Of a stretch of 64,000 nucleotides of DNA, positions 31,922 through 41,765 are shown in pieces. The stretch covers positions 1-64,000 of the forward strand of contig JAZGAD010000047.1 of assembly GCA_036444275.1 (NCBI GenBank), in the 5' to 3' direction. The notes beneath the pieces were generated by a model. It did no database searches, was not told the origin of the DNA, and saw only the letters and a program-made list of their open reading frames with translations. Origin of the DNA: Candidatus Hydrothermarchaeales archaeon (GTDB lineage Archaea > Hydrothermarchaeota > Hydrothermarchaeia > Hydrothermarchaeales > JAZGAD01). Within the stretch, counting starts at the first letter, position 1. Every line of letters begins with the position of its first letter. A program made the position numbers and the translations under genes.

Positions 31922-32908
31922 TCACCTGGTCCTAGCGCGTACGATGCTCCTTATCGTCTCTCTAGTGCCGCCTTCCTCTTCCCTGATAGTCTTCCCGGTG
32001 TAATGGATGAAGACATCTTCCAGCGTAGGCTTGCGCAGGCCTACAGAGCTTACTTGGATCCCCATGGTTCGCGCTGCCTCTATCACCTTCGGGATTGCGC
32101 CCTCTCCGTCCTTCACATTGAGGCTTATAACCCCGTCTACCAGCTTCATGTTAACTATCCAGTCGAGGTCCTTCAAACCTTTCATTAATTTAGCTTGATT
32201 TGAGGATACCAAGTGTACTACGTCACCAGCTAAAACATTCTTCAATTCATTAGGGGTACCTAGTGCGATTATATTCCCCTCATCGATTATGGCTATGCGC
32301 TGGCAGAGGGCATCGGCCTCATCCATGTAGTGTGTTGTCAAGATGATGCTGATCTTCTTCTCCTGGTTGAGCTTTTTGATGTATTCCCAAATGGCACGCC
32401 TGGTCTGGGGATCTAAACCTAAGGTGGGCTCGTCTAAGAAGAGGACTCTTGGAGAGTGCAATAGTCCCCTAGCTAACTCCAGCCTGCGTCTCATGCCCCC
32501 TGAATATGTCTTCACGAGATGGTCTGCCCTCTCTCTTAGCTCTACTAGGTCAAGAACTTCTTCAATATGTTTTTTCCTCTCCTCTTTCTCCATGCCATAG
32601 AGCCTACCATGGAAATCCAGGTTCTCCCTGCCGGTTAAATACTGATCTAAACTCGGATCTTGGAATACGACGCCTATGCACTTCCTGACCTCGCTGGGCT
32701 CTCTTTCAACGTCATATCCACATACCTGCGCCTTGCCACTAGTGGGCTTTTGCATGGTGTAAAGCATGGATATGAAGGTGGTCTTCCCAGCTCCATTTGG
32801 CCCTAATAAACCGAAGAGTTCTCCTTCAGGTATATCCAAAGTAACCTGGTTAACAGCTAGCAAACCATCGAATTCCTTGGTCAACCCTAAGGTGGATATA
32901 GCTGGCAT
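31922..32908 (-). CDS. ABC exporter ATP-binding protein (DrrA-like)
   Basis: GPNGAGKTT, YSGGM, LFLDEPT, TTHY, PTLEDVF. Confidence 0.92.
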   Translation of the reverse strand: MPAISTLGLTKEFDGLLAVNQVTLDIPEGELFGLLGPNGAGKTTFISMLYTMQKPTSGKAQVCGYDVEREPSEVRKCIGVVFQDPSLDQYLTGRENLDFHGRLYGMEKEERKKHIEEVLDLVELRERADHLVKTYSGGMRRRLELARGLLHSPRVLFLDEPTLGLDPQTRRAIWEYIKKLNQEKKISIILTTHYMDEADALCQRIAIIDEGNIIALGTPNELKNVLAGDVVHLVSSNQAKLMKGLKDLDWIVNMKLVDGVISLNVKDGEGAIPKVIEAARTMGIQVSSVGLRKPTLEDVFIHYTGKTIREEEGGTRETIRSIVRARTR

Positions 32909-33118
32909 ATCTGAATTATAAATGCTAGCATAGAAAAAAGTTATTGAGCCTAGCCTTCTCATCTTCTCTTAAGTAAGTATCGAAAAGAAGATAAGGTAAG
33001 AAATAAATACAAATTTAAAAATAATAACAATAATTTTAACAAAGGGTGGCTGAAAGATGGCGAGGGAATCGCAAGAGGGGCATTATTGGGTGGTAGTACA
33101 TTTACCTGAAGGTGTACT

Positions 33119-34570
33119 ATGACAGAAGCTAGTCTCTTAATAGTAGATGATGCGGAGGGTATACGGGAAACCCTCTCGGATATATTCAAGGAGAAGGGTT
33201 ACGGTACCGATGTAGCTGAGGATGGCCGGGCAGCTATAGAGAAGGTAAAGAAGAGCTTCTTTAACGTCGTGCTCCTGGATATAAGGCTACCTGATATCTT
33301 GGGTGTAGAGGTATTGGAGAGTTTGAAGGAGATACGGCCAGATATAGAAGTGATAATGATTACAGCATATGCCTCTCTTGAGACCTCTATTGAGGCACTG
33401 AATAAGGGAGCATATGCCTATATCATGAAGCCCCTTAACATGGGGGTGGTGATAGCTACCGTTAAGAAAGCCCTGGAGAAACAGCGCCTATCCGCAGAGA
33501 ACATGTGGTTAACGGAATTCAACGAACGCATTATAAAGAATGCACCGATTGGGATCTTAACCACCGATGAAAAGGGCGATATAACGAGTGCGAATCCAGC
33601 TATTCTTGAGATTCTGGATAGCTTGGAGACGGAAAAATTGATTGGGCTTAGCGTATTAACCCTCCCAACCAGTAGGGCAATGGGCTTAGATAAGGAACTC
33701 AAGAAAGTATTGTCTGAGGGAAAGGAGATAGAGCTAGCGGGGAAGTATGTTTCTGAATCTGGAGCAGATGTTTTTCTCCATATCAGAAGCACCCCATTGA
33801 GAAACGAAAAAAGAGACATAACAGGGCTCCTAGCGATAATCGAGGACGTAACTGAGAGAAAGAAGCTTGACAGCATGAAGGATGCGTTTATCTCCAATGT
33901 CTCGCATGAGTTGAGGACTCCCCTTACATCTATCCTCACTTCTCTGGAGCTTCTTTCAAAGGAAACTGTAGAGAAGGAGAAGCGTAAGCTCTTGGAAATC
34001 TGTGATAGGAATGCTTTGAGGCTAAATCGATTGGTGGACAATCTATTGGAAGTCAGCCGGATTGAAGTAGAGACATTAGATGTTCGGACACTCGACGTTA
34101 CTCGGGTAGTGGCAGAGATAATATCAGAGCTGCAGGATTTTGCCGTTGTGAGTAAAGTTACGCTAAAATCCCTTATCGAGGATGAGTTCCTCGTAAGGGC
34201 CGATAAAAAATCACTACGGCTTGTCTTCCTGAATCTGATCAGCAATGCCATCAAGTTTAATAAAGAAGGGGGTAAGGTAACGATATCCGGCGAGCGGGAG
34301 GATTCATTTACCAGGTTCTGCGTAGAGGATACAGGCATAGGCATTCCAAGAGGAGATTTGAAAGAAATATTCAAGAGTTTCTACCAAATCGATGCAAGCA
34401 TAAGGCGCAGGTACCCTGGAGCTGGTGTTGGTCTAACTATAACGAAAAACATAGTAGACGCCCATGGAGGCAAGATATGGGCTGAGAGCAAGCCCGGTAA
34501 AGGAAGCAAGTTCTGTTTCACTCTACCCTCTGGAAGTAGAACCGGGAAGAAGATAAAAGAGGTAGGATAA
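33119..34570 (+). CDS. Cytoplasmic hybrid kinase REC-PAS-HisKA-HATPase
   Basis: LIVDD...LLDIRLP...MITAY...KP receiver; PAS (GILTTD.KG.I..AN); SHELRTPL H-box, NLISNAIKF, DTGIG, GAGVGL. Confidence 0.92.
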   Translation: MTEASLLIVDDAEGIRETLSDIFKEKGYGTDVAEDGRAAIEKVKKSFFNVVLLDIRLPDILGVEVLESLKEIRPDIEVIMITAYASLETSIEALNKGAYAYIMKPLNMGVVIATVKKALEKQRLSAENMWLTEFNERIIKNAPIGILTTDEKGDITSANPAILEILDSLETEKLIGLSVLTLPTSRAMGLDKELKKVLSEGKEIELAGKYVSESGADVFLHIRSTPLRNEKRDITGLLAIIEDVTERKKLDSMKDAFISNVSHELRTPLTSILTSLELLSKETVEKEKRKLLEICDRNALRLNRLVDNLLEVSRIEVETLDVRTLDVTRVVAEIISELQDFAVVSKVTLKSLIEDEFLVRADKKSLRLVFLNLISNAIKFNKEGGKVTISGEREDSFTRFCVEDTGIGIPRGDLKEIFKSFYQIDASIRRRYPGAGVGLTITKNIVDAHGGKIWAESKPGKGSKFCFTLPSGSRTGKKIKEVG

Positions 34571-34706
34571 GGATAGAAAAAGATTAGATAACCCGCAGAA
34601 GACGTTTAGTAATTTACGTCTCACAATTCAGGGGGAATAGATGCAACATCTAAGCAATGACAAGAGAGCAATTTACGAACGTATAAGACGGAAAAACGGA
34701 TGAGCT

Positions 34707-35381
34707 CTATACCTCTTTCCCCTCTGCCAATTCTTCCAGCTCCAACGGGTGCTCATGTTCCATTTGTTCTTTACTCAGTGTTCCAGTTATCCATTGCTTT
34801 GCCATTGGAAATATATCTGGATTCAAAATCGCCGCGTATAAATGTACGACTATTACAACAGAAAATGCCAAGATGGCCTCCCACCCATGTATCAACCAAG
34901 CATAATTGACGAACTGTAGCGGTAGGACTTCCAAGGTCATATCGAATGTGAACCACATCATAAGTCCTGTTACAACTACTATGAGAGAACCAACAGCTCC
35001 GGCCCAGTAATCGAACTTCTGCTCCCAGGTATACCTCCCCATTTTTGGCATTTCGTCGGTCATCCGTAAATTGTATTTGATGTGGTGTATAGCGTCATCG
35101 AAATCTTTCCTTTGCGGCATTATGTCCTTCTTTCCTCTGTCGATCATGGTGTAATATATCACATGTATAAGGCCTGTACCGATGAATACTACTGCAGCAA
35201 TTTGATGATATAAACCTCTATTAGCCGGACCCCCAAGCAAGTCAACTATACTCTGTGCCCAGGATGTGTGGGCGTATTTCAATGGGAATCCCGTCAATGC
35301 CAAGATGAAAAACGATAAAGCCCAAAGGACGTGTTGTATCCTCTGAAAGACGGTAAATCTTAAGAATTCTTCTTCGGTCAT
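34707..35381 (-). CDS. Di-heme cytochrome b membrane subunit (FdnI/Ni-hydrogenase cyt b type)
   Basis: RF...QRIQH, LTGFP, LYHQ, LIH, GRYTWEQKFDYWA, LIHGWEA...VHLY; four TM helices. Confidence 0.85.
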   Translation of the reverse strand: MTEEEFLRFTVFQRIQHVLWALSFFILALTGFPLKYAHTSWAQSIVDLLGGPANRGLYHQIAAVVFIGTGLIHVIYYTMIDRGKKDIMPQRKDFDDAIHHIKYNLRMTDEMPKMGRYTWEQKFDYWAGAVGSLIVVVTGLMMWFTFDMTLEVLPLQFVNYAWLIHGWEAILAFSVVIVVHLYAAILNPDIFPMAKQWITGTLSKEQMEHEHPLELEELAEGKEV

Positions 35382-35947
35382 TTCGCACGCCCCCCTTTCC
35401 TACTCTTACCTAACCTCCGACTAAAGTCCAATATCTCAAAGACTACGAAGAATCCTAGCACCGCGGAGATAAGTGTTTTATAGAAGAAGTTTATCAGCCC
35501 ATTCACGGAGATTGGGCCTAGAGAGTATATATCGCTTCCATGCATCGATCCCTTGCCGGCATTGGCCAATTTAACATCATGACAATCTTCCCTCGCGCAT
35601 ATATCAGGTCTATTCTTAGGATTAGTGGGTGAATTTGGATCGCTCTGCGGAAGGAAATACATCCAGTCCACCATGCCGTGGCAATCCGTACAAGTTGGGA
35701 CACCCTCTTTTCCGAGGGCAGCCGCTTTACCATGAGGGGACTCTTGGTACGTCTTGTTCGCATATTCAAAGGTATATGCAAGGTTATACCTCGTCTTAGC
35801 CTCAGAAGGTAGGGGGCTCTTCCATCCCTCACTCCTGTATTTCTCCATGTCCCTCTTCTGGACTTCCTGAGCCTCCACGACATGGCTCAGGGATATGAAG
35901 CCTAAAAGGAAGAGTATTAGAACCCCGCCCTTTACCAACTCTCTCAT
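35378..35947 (-). CDS. Membrane-anchored small c-type cytochrome (CXXCH + CX4CH)
   Basis: Signal peptide, SPHG...PTCTDCHG, CAREDCH, C-terminal TM helix; ATGA coupling to cytochrome b. Confidence 0.78.
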   Translation of the reverse strand: MRELVKGGVLILFLLGFISLSHVVEAQEVQKRDMEKYRSEGWKSPLPSEAKTRYNLAYTFEYANKTYQESPHGKAAALGKEGVPTCTDCHGMVDWMYFLPQSDPNSPTNPKNRPDICAREDCHDVKLANAGKGSMHGSDIYSLGPISVNGLINFFYKTLISAVLGFFVVFEILDFSRRLGKSRKGGRAK

Positions 35948-35974
35948 TGGTCCTGTTCTCCTTGTAAAATTTTA

Positions 35975-37474
35975 TTATTCATGCAGACGCGGAGGTTCGA
36001 GGTATTCTTGGAGTACCCAAGGCGAAACGTGGTTGTGGCATCCGTTGCATGAGTTGGGCTGCACATTCCAGAGCAGATCGTCCAGGGTTTTTCCTGCGGA
36101 CATAGCTTCTCGGGCTTTTTTCTTGAGCAGCTCTTCCACTTGGGTCGTGTTAAGGCCTTCTACATCTTTAGCCTCGAGGCCGTAGAAACCCAGGACGGTG
36201 TTATCCTTCTTCGCGGCTTTGTCAACTAGGAGTTTTATGCTGACCTCTGGTTTAATGACCTTGAACCTGTGGCTCCTAATATCTCCGGGGTTAATGTTCT
36301 TTGCAGTCGGGGGCATATGGCAGCCGACGCAGTTCCCGAAGTCGTGGATAGTATGGCTCAACCCAGCGAGGCCTGGAACCCTCCTCGGCTCACCGTGGCA
36401 GGCTTTGCACAGCGCAGTGCCTGCTAGCTTGGTCTCGAACCTGCCTTCACCTTTAGAGTGAACGGTGTGGCAGTCCCAACAGGTTATTCCTGCCTTCGCA
36501 TGCTCACTTATCTGCCAATCTGGATACTGTTGGTGGTGTGATTTGGAGTCTCCACTCGGCCAGAAGCGTTTTGGTGTATCTTTTTCGCGTGTAACAGGAT
36601 CGTACAGGGGTATCAAGTTCATACCGGGTTTGTAGCCAACGGGATATCCGTATTTCGCATCGAGGGTAGAATGACCTCGGGTGTGGCATGAGCCACAAAC
36701 CATGACCCCTATATCTGTTTGTGGGATCTTTGCTGGGTTTACGATCGTATCCTTCTTGTAGGGGGTATCGGCCAATATGTGGTTGCTCCCCGGTCCGTGG
36801 CAAGCTTCACATCTGGCTCCGTTATCTATCCAAGTTGAGGCATAGGTATCCGTGACTTCATCGTAGTTTATTTGAAAGCCTGTTGTATGGCAACCAGCGC
36901 ATTTATACTGCCAGATCCTTCCCTTGCTGCTCCAATAATTTTTGGGATCATCATAATCATATTTCTCCAGCCCATGGTAGTCTTGCCACTTCTGTTCCCT
37001 AATATTCCATTGAACAGGGAGTATATGGAATTCTCCATTGTCGAACTTCGTGAGATATCTCTGCTTCCAGGCACTACCGATGGTATAGAGCACTTCGTAG
37101 ATGTGCTCTTCTCCATCAGGACCGATAGTAGTTATATAATATTTTCCGTCCTCTGTCGACATCGTGGTGTTCTTATCCTTAACGGTCAATTCGTTGTTCT
37201 TGACAAAATCGCCGAGGACGACGTTTTCGCCGATTTCCTGTATTTTATATGGATGCAGTGTCGTTTTCCAACCGGCGTAAGTTCTCTCGTGGCATTGCTT
37301 ACATTGAACAGAACCGACGTAAGTAGCCCCCTCAGTGGTGGTTGGCTTTTCTTCTCCTATTCTAAATCGTTCTAAGAAGCTGAATCCAGGCGTTAAGGTT
37401 ATAAATGCAATCGTTACTACTACAAACGCGGCTACAAGCAACCGCGAGATTCTTTTTCTCTCCTCTTGCTGCAT
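35975..37474 (-). CDS. Octaheme c-type cytochrome (c554-like N-terminus), N-terminal membrane anchor
   Basis: Eight CXXCH: CKQCH, CAGCH, CEACH, CGSCH, CWDCH, CKACH, CVGCH, CNGCH; YVGS..C..CH...Y..W....H; CEACHGPGSNH. Confidence 0.9.
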   Translation of the reverse strand: MQQEERKRISRLLVAAFVVVTIAFITLTPGFSFLERFRIGEEKPTTTEGATYVGSVQCKQCHERTYAGWKTTLHPYKIQEIGENVVLGDFVKNNELTVKDKNTTMSTEDGKYYITTIGPDGEEHIYEVLYTIGSAWKQRYLTKFDNGEFHILPVQWNIREQKWQDYHGLEKYDYDDPKNYWSSKGRIWQYKCAGCHTTGFQINYDEVTDTYASTWIDNGARCEACHGPGSNHILADTPYKKDTIVNPAKIPQTDIGVMVCGSCHTRGHSTLDAKYGYPVGYKPGMNLIPLYDPVTREKDTPKRFWPSGDSKSHHQQYPDWQISEHAKAGITCWDCHTVHSKGEGRFETKLAGTALCKACHGEPRRVPGLAGLSHTIHDFGNCVGCHMPPTAKNINPGDIRSHRFKVIKPEVSIKLLVDKAAKKDNTVLGFYGLEAKDVEGLNTTQVEELLKKKAREAMSAGKTLDDLLWNVQPNSCNGCHNHVSPWVLQEYLEPPRLHE

Positions 37475-37730
37475 GGATTCCGCTCCATTTCGAGATTTTA
37501 AAAAATCTATTTTAGTTTTTGCTCTTCCTCTTATATATATTTATATTAAGTCGGCATGGGTATTGCGCTGAATCGTCGTTTAGAATTATTTGGTCCCCCT
37601 CTCTTTAGGTTGGCAATTCATCTCTAAAAAAACAGAATAGGTCAAGATAAAAAAAAGAACCAGTAAAAGCAACCCTAGATTGGAAGGGTATGACAACTCG
37701 TATCGAATAAAAACTCAAAGAAGTAAGGCA

Positions 37731-38519
37731 TCAGTCCTTTTTCTTACTCTTATAGGCTTCAAAGACTTCCAAGAACGGTTTAAATAGGTCTATCGGCACC
37801 GGGAATATGACGTTTGAGCCCCGTTCTCCTGAGATCTCGACTAGGGATTGCAGATATCTCAATTGGAGTGCCATTGGATGGGGTCCAATAATCTCTGCTG
37901 CTTCCGCGAGTTTTTCTGCTGCTTGGAATTCTCCCAAGGCGTTGATCACCTTTGCCCTTCTCTCCCTCTCTGCCTCGGCTTGCCTCGCCATAGCCCTCTT
38001 CATGACTTCTGGAAGCTCGACATCCTTGACCTCAACACATGATACCTTCACTCCCCAGGGTTCTGTATGTGAATCTATAATCCTTTGAAGAGTATAATTG
38101 ATCTTATCCCTCTCTGCGAGCAGTTCGTCCAGCTCATGTTGCCCAATAACACCCCGTAAGGTTGTCTGAGATATCAGCGTGGTAGATGCCACGTAGTCCG
38201 CCACCTCTACTGTGGATTTCACTGCATCCATTACGTTGAAGTATATAACGGCATCGACTTTGGTCGTCACATTGTCCTTGGTGATAACGTCTTGGGCCGA
38301 GACATTTTCTGTAACTACCCTCAGATCTACCCTGAAGATCTTATCCACAAAGGGTATTATAAAGACTAAGCCCGGTCCTCTTGCATCTTGCAACCTCCCC
38401 ATCCTGAAGAGAACCCCTCGCTCGTACTCTTTAAATACCCATATCGACATCTTGAGAAGTACCGAGACTACCAAAACTACGAGTATAGTAATTATAGTAA
38501 TATACGTCCCTACAGGCAT
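37731..38519 (-). CDS. SPFH/band-7 (stomatin/slipin) protein
   Basis: EYERGVLFRMGR, QDVITKDN, QTTLRGVIG, AMARQAEAERERRAKVI, ALQLRYLQ. Confidence 0.93.
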   Translation of the reverse strand: MPVGTYITIITILVVLVVSVLLKMSIWVFKEYERGVLFRMGRLQDARGPGLVFIIPFVDKIFRVDLRVVTENVSAQDVITKDNVTTKVDAVIYFNVMDAVKSTVEVADYVASTTLISQTTLRGVIGQHELDELLAERDKINYTLQRIIDSHTEPWGVKVSCVEVKDVELPEVMKRAMARQAEAERERRAKVINALGEFQAAEKLAEAAEIIGPHPMALQLRYLQSLVEISGERGSNVIFPVPIDLFKPFLEVFEAYKSKKKD

Positions 38520-38810
38520 TAATTTTCACCCTACAAAAAATTGTCAGTACTCCTATATATTATTTGTCCTACCTACTGCCTAGCTAGGGCAATTCGTTCT
38601 CTACCGTGCCTCAGATTGCAGAAATCATTTTATAGATTGAACTTCAAATATTATACACATATATCCTACCAATGGAGAGATAAAAAGATTGGAGGAGAGA
38701 TCAAGGATCACATAGCCTTTATCTGCAGGAAAAAATGTATGGTGTGGGGGGTCCAAAATAAGAGGAATTGGTATGGTAAACACCTTACCTCAAGTTCATA
38801 GGCGTAATAG

Positions 38811-41351
38811 ATGATTGTGAGGTCCAAAAGTCGATATGAAATACCGAAAATGGAGAAAATGGATTGGATGAACAAAGAACAACAAAAAGCGGCGCTCATT
38901 TTGGTAGTGGCATTTATTGGTAGTGCACTTACAGTAAACGGAACGCTTACAGCGGCGGAAGAAAAATATAGTACGATATTAAGCGCTGTGAGAACAAACG
39001 AAACGATAATCATAGATGGGCAGTTAAAGGAGTCTTCATGGAATGAGACAAAGACACTGATCATCCCAGTGGTGGATGGAAAGGTCGGGGATGTAGATGT
39101 GGAGATGAAGGCATTATACGATACTGACTATATCTACATGTACATCGTATGGCCTGATCCGACCCAAAGCGATGCTTTATTCTGGGGATATAATGGCACT
39201 GCTTGGAACCCCCCAAATAAAAATACAGAGGATATTTTCACGATCTTCTGGAATATAAGGGACTCGGTTGAGGGATATGATATAGCTGGATGCGCCATTA
39301 CTTGCCACGCAAATAGGATGCATACCAATACCCCCGAAGAAAGACTCGATTACTGGAAATGGAAGGCAGAGAAAGGCAACCCCTCCGGCTATATGTGGGA
39401 TGGATTCCTAGACGATATCGTGGTTATCGGGGAGAAGATATATCCCGGTTTTTCTAGGACCTTTATGATCGAGAAGGCATGGCATTCACACAAGCTAGAT
39501 GAAACATCGGGTGACTATGTGGAGGAGAGAAAGAACGCGATTATCGATGAGAGAGGCAATTTCATTGGGCCGAGATATTATGAACCTGACGCAAGGGGCG
39601 AAGATGCGAAACACATCACGATGGAGGAGATCCTTAGGGACGAGGCCGTGGAATTTTTGAATTTAACAAAACTGAACGATGGAAGAGAGATCTCGATCGG
39701 CTTCAAAGTGCCTGTATACATCTCCGAAAAACCGACAGGAAGTGCTAGAGATATAAGCGCCAAAGGGGTTTATTATGACGGGAAGTGGCATCTGGAATTC
39801 AAGAGAAAATTGCAGACCGGGCACGACGACGATGTCCTGTTCGATATCGCGAAGACCTATCGTTTCAGCATAGCTGTGAATGACGATTCTCACGGATCCG
39901 CCAACGAGGGTTATGGCCAAGGACACAGCATAAGCATGCTGGCGCGAACCCTAGAATTTGGCGGGATTGGTTCTGAAGAGATAACCCAACTGGCACTAAT
40001 CCGCGATTATCTTCAGACCGCCAAGGCATATACCGGGCGCGGGGAATCGGGAATGGCGCTTTCAGAGGTCGATCATGCGTTGGCGATTTTCAATGCGATC
40101 AGGGGAGCAGTCGCCGACGAAGACCCAGAACTCTACATGGACATTAGAAAGAGATTTGTAGAGGCCAAGAGGAATCCCTCGATCGATAACCTTGATGTCG
40201 TGCTTCAAGGCATCGAGGTTGCTACATTAACTTTGCAGGGAAAGAGAGAGCCGCCAGAAGCGCCGTGGAATGTAAAGCTCCTAGTTCTCTGGGGGAGCGT
40301 ACAACTTTACGTCTTTGTCTTTATATCGATATTTGTTCTCTATCCCCTCTACAAAACGATACAAACAACTAGAATACCGGAAATGCGCTATTTCGGCATC
40401 TTCCTATTTATAGTCATCCTCCCCCTATTTCTTGAAGGCGTTGGGAGGTTTGGGGTCCTTTTCAAGATCAGATTTTTGCAGAACTTCAGTTTCACAACAA
40501 ATGAATACATAACCTTGCTCTGGGCGATAGGCATGTTCATAGCCTTGCTCATAGCCAAAGTTGGATTCACCGAAATAGATGAGACCATTCGCTCATTAAA
40601 ATATTACAGCGCTGAAGTCGAAACTAAGATGGAGGAGTTGAGAAAATCGCAAGAGCAACTGGTCAAGTCAGAGAGGATGGCTTCCATAGGGCAACTGGCA
40701 GCGAGTGTTGGCCACGAGTTGAGAAATCCTCTTGGAGTGATCAAGAACGTGAGCTACTATCTCAGCATGGCCCTAGCCGAGAAAGATGAAAAGGTGAAGA
40801 AGCACTTAAATATCCTAGAAAGGGAACTAGATACCTCCAACAAAATCATCACCGACTTATTGGACTTTTCACGGGGGGAGATAGAACCCACTTTTGGGGA
40901 AGCCAACATCAATGCGATCCTTAAGGATACATTGGCCAGGGCATCGGTACCTGACAATGTCAAAGTGGAAACTTATCTGGCCGATTTACCCTCAATGAGA
41001 GTAGATGGAGAGCAATTACAGCGGGTGTTCTTGAATATGATTTCAAACGCTGTTCATGCGATGCCCGATGGTGGTAAATTGATTATCAGAACCAAAAGTA
41101 AGGGCAACTCCGTAGAGATAGAGTTCGAGGACACCGGCAAAGGGATTTCGAAAGAGGATATAAAGAAGATCTTCGAACCGCTCTTTACCACTAAGGCAAA
41201 AGGGATTGGGTTGGGGTTAGCGATCTGTAAACAAATCATCGATGGGCATGGGGGCACCATCGATGCGGTGAGCGCTGTAGACCAGGGGGCAACTTTTATC
41301 ATCAAACTACCCGTGATGGAAGTAGAGGAAGATGAAGAAAAGGAAAACTAG
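38811..41351 (+). CDS. Membrane sensor histidine kinase with extracellular EB_dh/DOMON-like heme-binding domain (CX3CH)
   Basis: N-terminal TM; IDG....W, MKALYD.DYIY....WPDPT, GCAITCH, DYWKWK, W.LEFKRKL.TG.DDD; three TMs; GHELRNPL, N-box, DTGKG, GIGLGL. Confidence 0.85.
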   Translation: MIVRSKSRYEIPKMEKMDWMNKEQQKAALILVVAFIGSALTVNGTLTAAEEKYSTILSAVRTNETIIIDGQLKESSWNETKTLIIPVVDGKVGDVDVEMKALYDTDYIYMYIVWPDPTQSDALFWGYNGTAWNPPNKNTEDIFTIFWNIRDSVEGYDIAGCAITCHANRMHTNTPEERLDYWKWKAEKGNPSGYMWDGFLDDIVVIGEKIYPGFSRTFMIEKAWHSHKLDETSGDYVEERKNAIIDERGNFIGPRYYEPDARGEDAKHITMEEILRDEAVEFLNLTKLNDGREISIGFKVPVYISEKPTGSARDISAKGVYYDGKWHLEFKRKLQTGHDDDVLFDIAKTYRFSIAVNDDSHGSANEGYGQGHSISMLARTLEFGGIGSEEITQLALIRDYLQTAKAYTGRGESGMALSEVDHALAIFNAIRGAVADEDPELYMDIRKRFVEAKRNPSIDNLDVVLQGIEVATLTLQGKREPPEAPWNVKLLVLWGSVQLYVFVFISIFVLYPLYKTIQTTRIPEMRYFGIFLFIVILPLFLEGVGRFGVLFKIRFLQNFSFTTNEYITLLWAIGMFIALLIAKVGFTEIDETIRSLKYYSAEVETKMEELRKSQEQLVKSERMASIGQLAASVGHELRNPLGVIKNVSYYLSMALAEKDEKVKKHLNILERELDTSNKIITDLLDFSRGEIEPTFGEANINAILKDTLARASVPDNVKVETYLADLPSMRVDGEQLQRVFLNMISNAVHAMPDGGKLIIRTKSKGNSVEIEFEDTGKGISKEDIKKIFEPLFTTKAKGIGLGLAICKQIIDGHGGTIDAVSAVDQGATFIIKLPVMEVEEDEEKEN

Positions 41352-41706
41352 CATTTTGGTAGTAGATGACGATATAGGCACGTGTGAAACCTTGGCCGAT
41401 ATTCTGACTGCGAAAGGATATAATGTAACTACTGCAGAGAGCGGAATTGAAGCGGTTGAGAAACTCAAGGGGGAGCTCTTCAAAGTTATCCTCATGGATA
41501 TAAAGATGATGGGAATAAACGGCATAGAGACAATTAGGGAGATCAAGAAGATAGTATATCCTGAGGTGGCGATAATTATGATGACGGCCTACGTCGCCGA
41601 GGCCCTCGTAACAGAAGCTTTGAGGGAAGGGGCATATGCCGTTGTCTACAAACCTTTGGATATTGAGAGGATAATAAAGCTCATTGAAAGTGCAACAGTT
41701 AAGTAG
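41332..41706 (+). CDS. Stand-alone response regulator receiver
   Basis: LVVDDD, LMDIKM, MTAY, KP; no output domain. Confidence 0.92.
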   Translation: MKKRKTSILVVDDDIGTCETLADILTAKGYNVTTAESGIEAVEKLKGELFKVILMDIKMMGINGIETIREIKKIVYPEVAIIMMTAYVAEALVTEALREGAYAVVYKPLDIERIIKLIESATVK

Positions 41707-41765
41707 GATACAAATGGCCGTTACATTATGTAAATGTGAGATATTTAGGGAGAAGATGACTCGGA

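Noticed and set aside
33418-34374. Long antisense ORFs (also 19134-20069, 42449-43195, 60981-61526 and others)
   Set aside because: Shadows of well-supported genes on the opposite strand, with no independent motifs
35975-37474. Assignment of the octaheme protein as NrfA, HAO or MccA
   Set aside because: No CXXCK or CX15CH motif, and the partners differ; family cannot be fixed without a search
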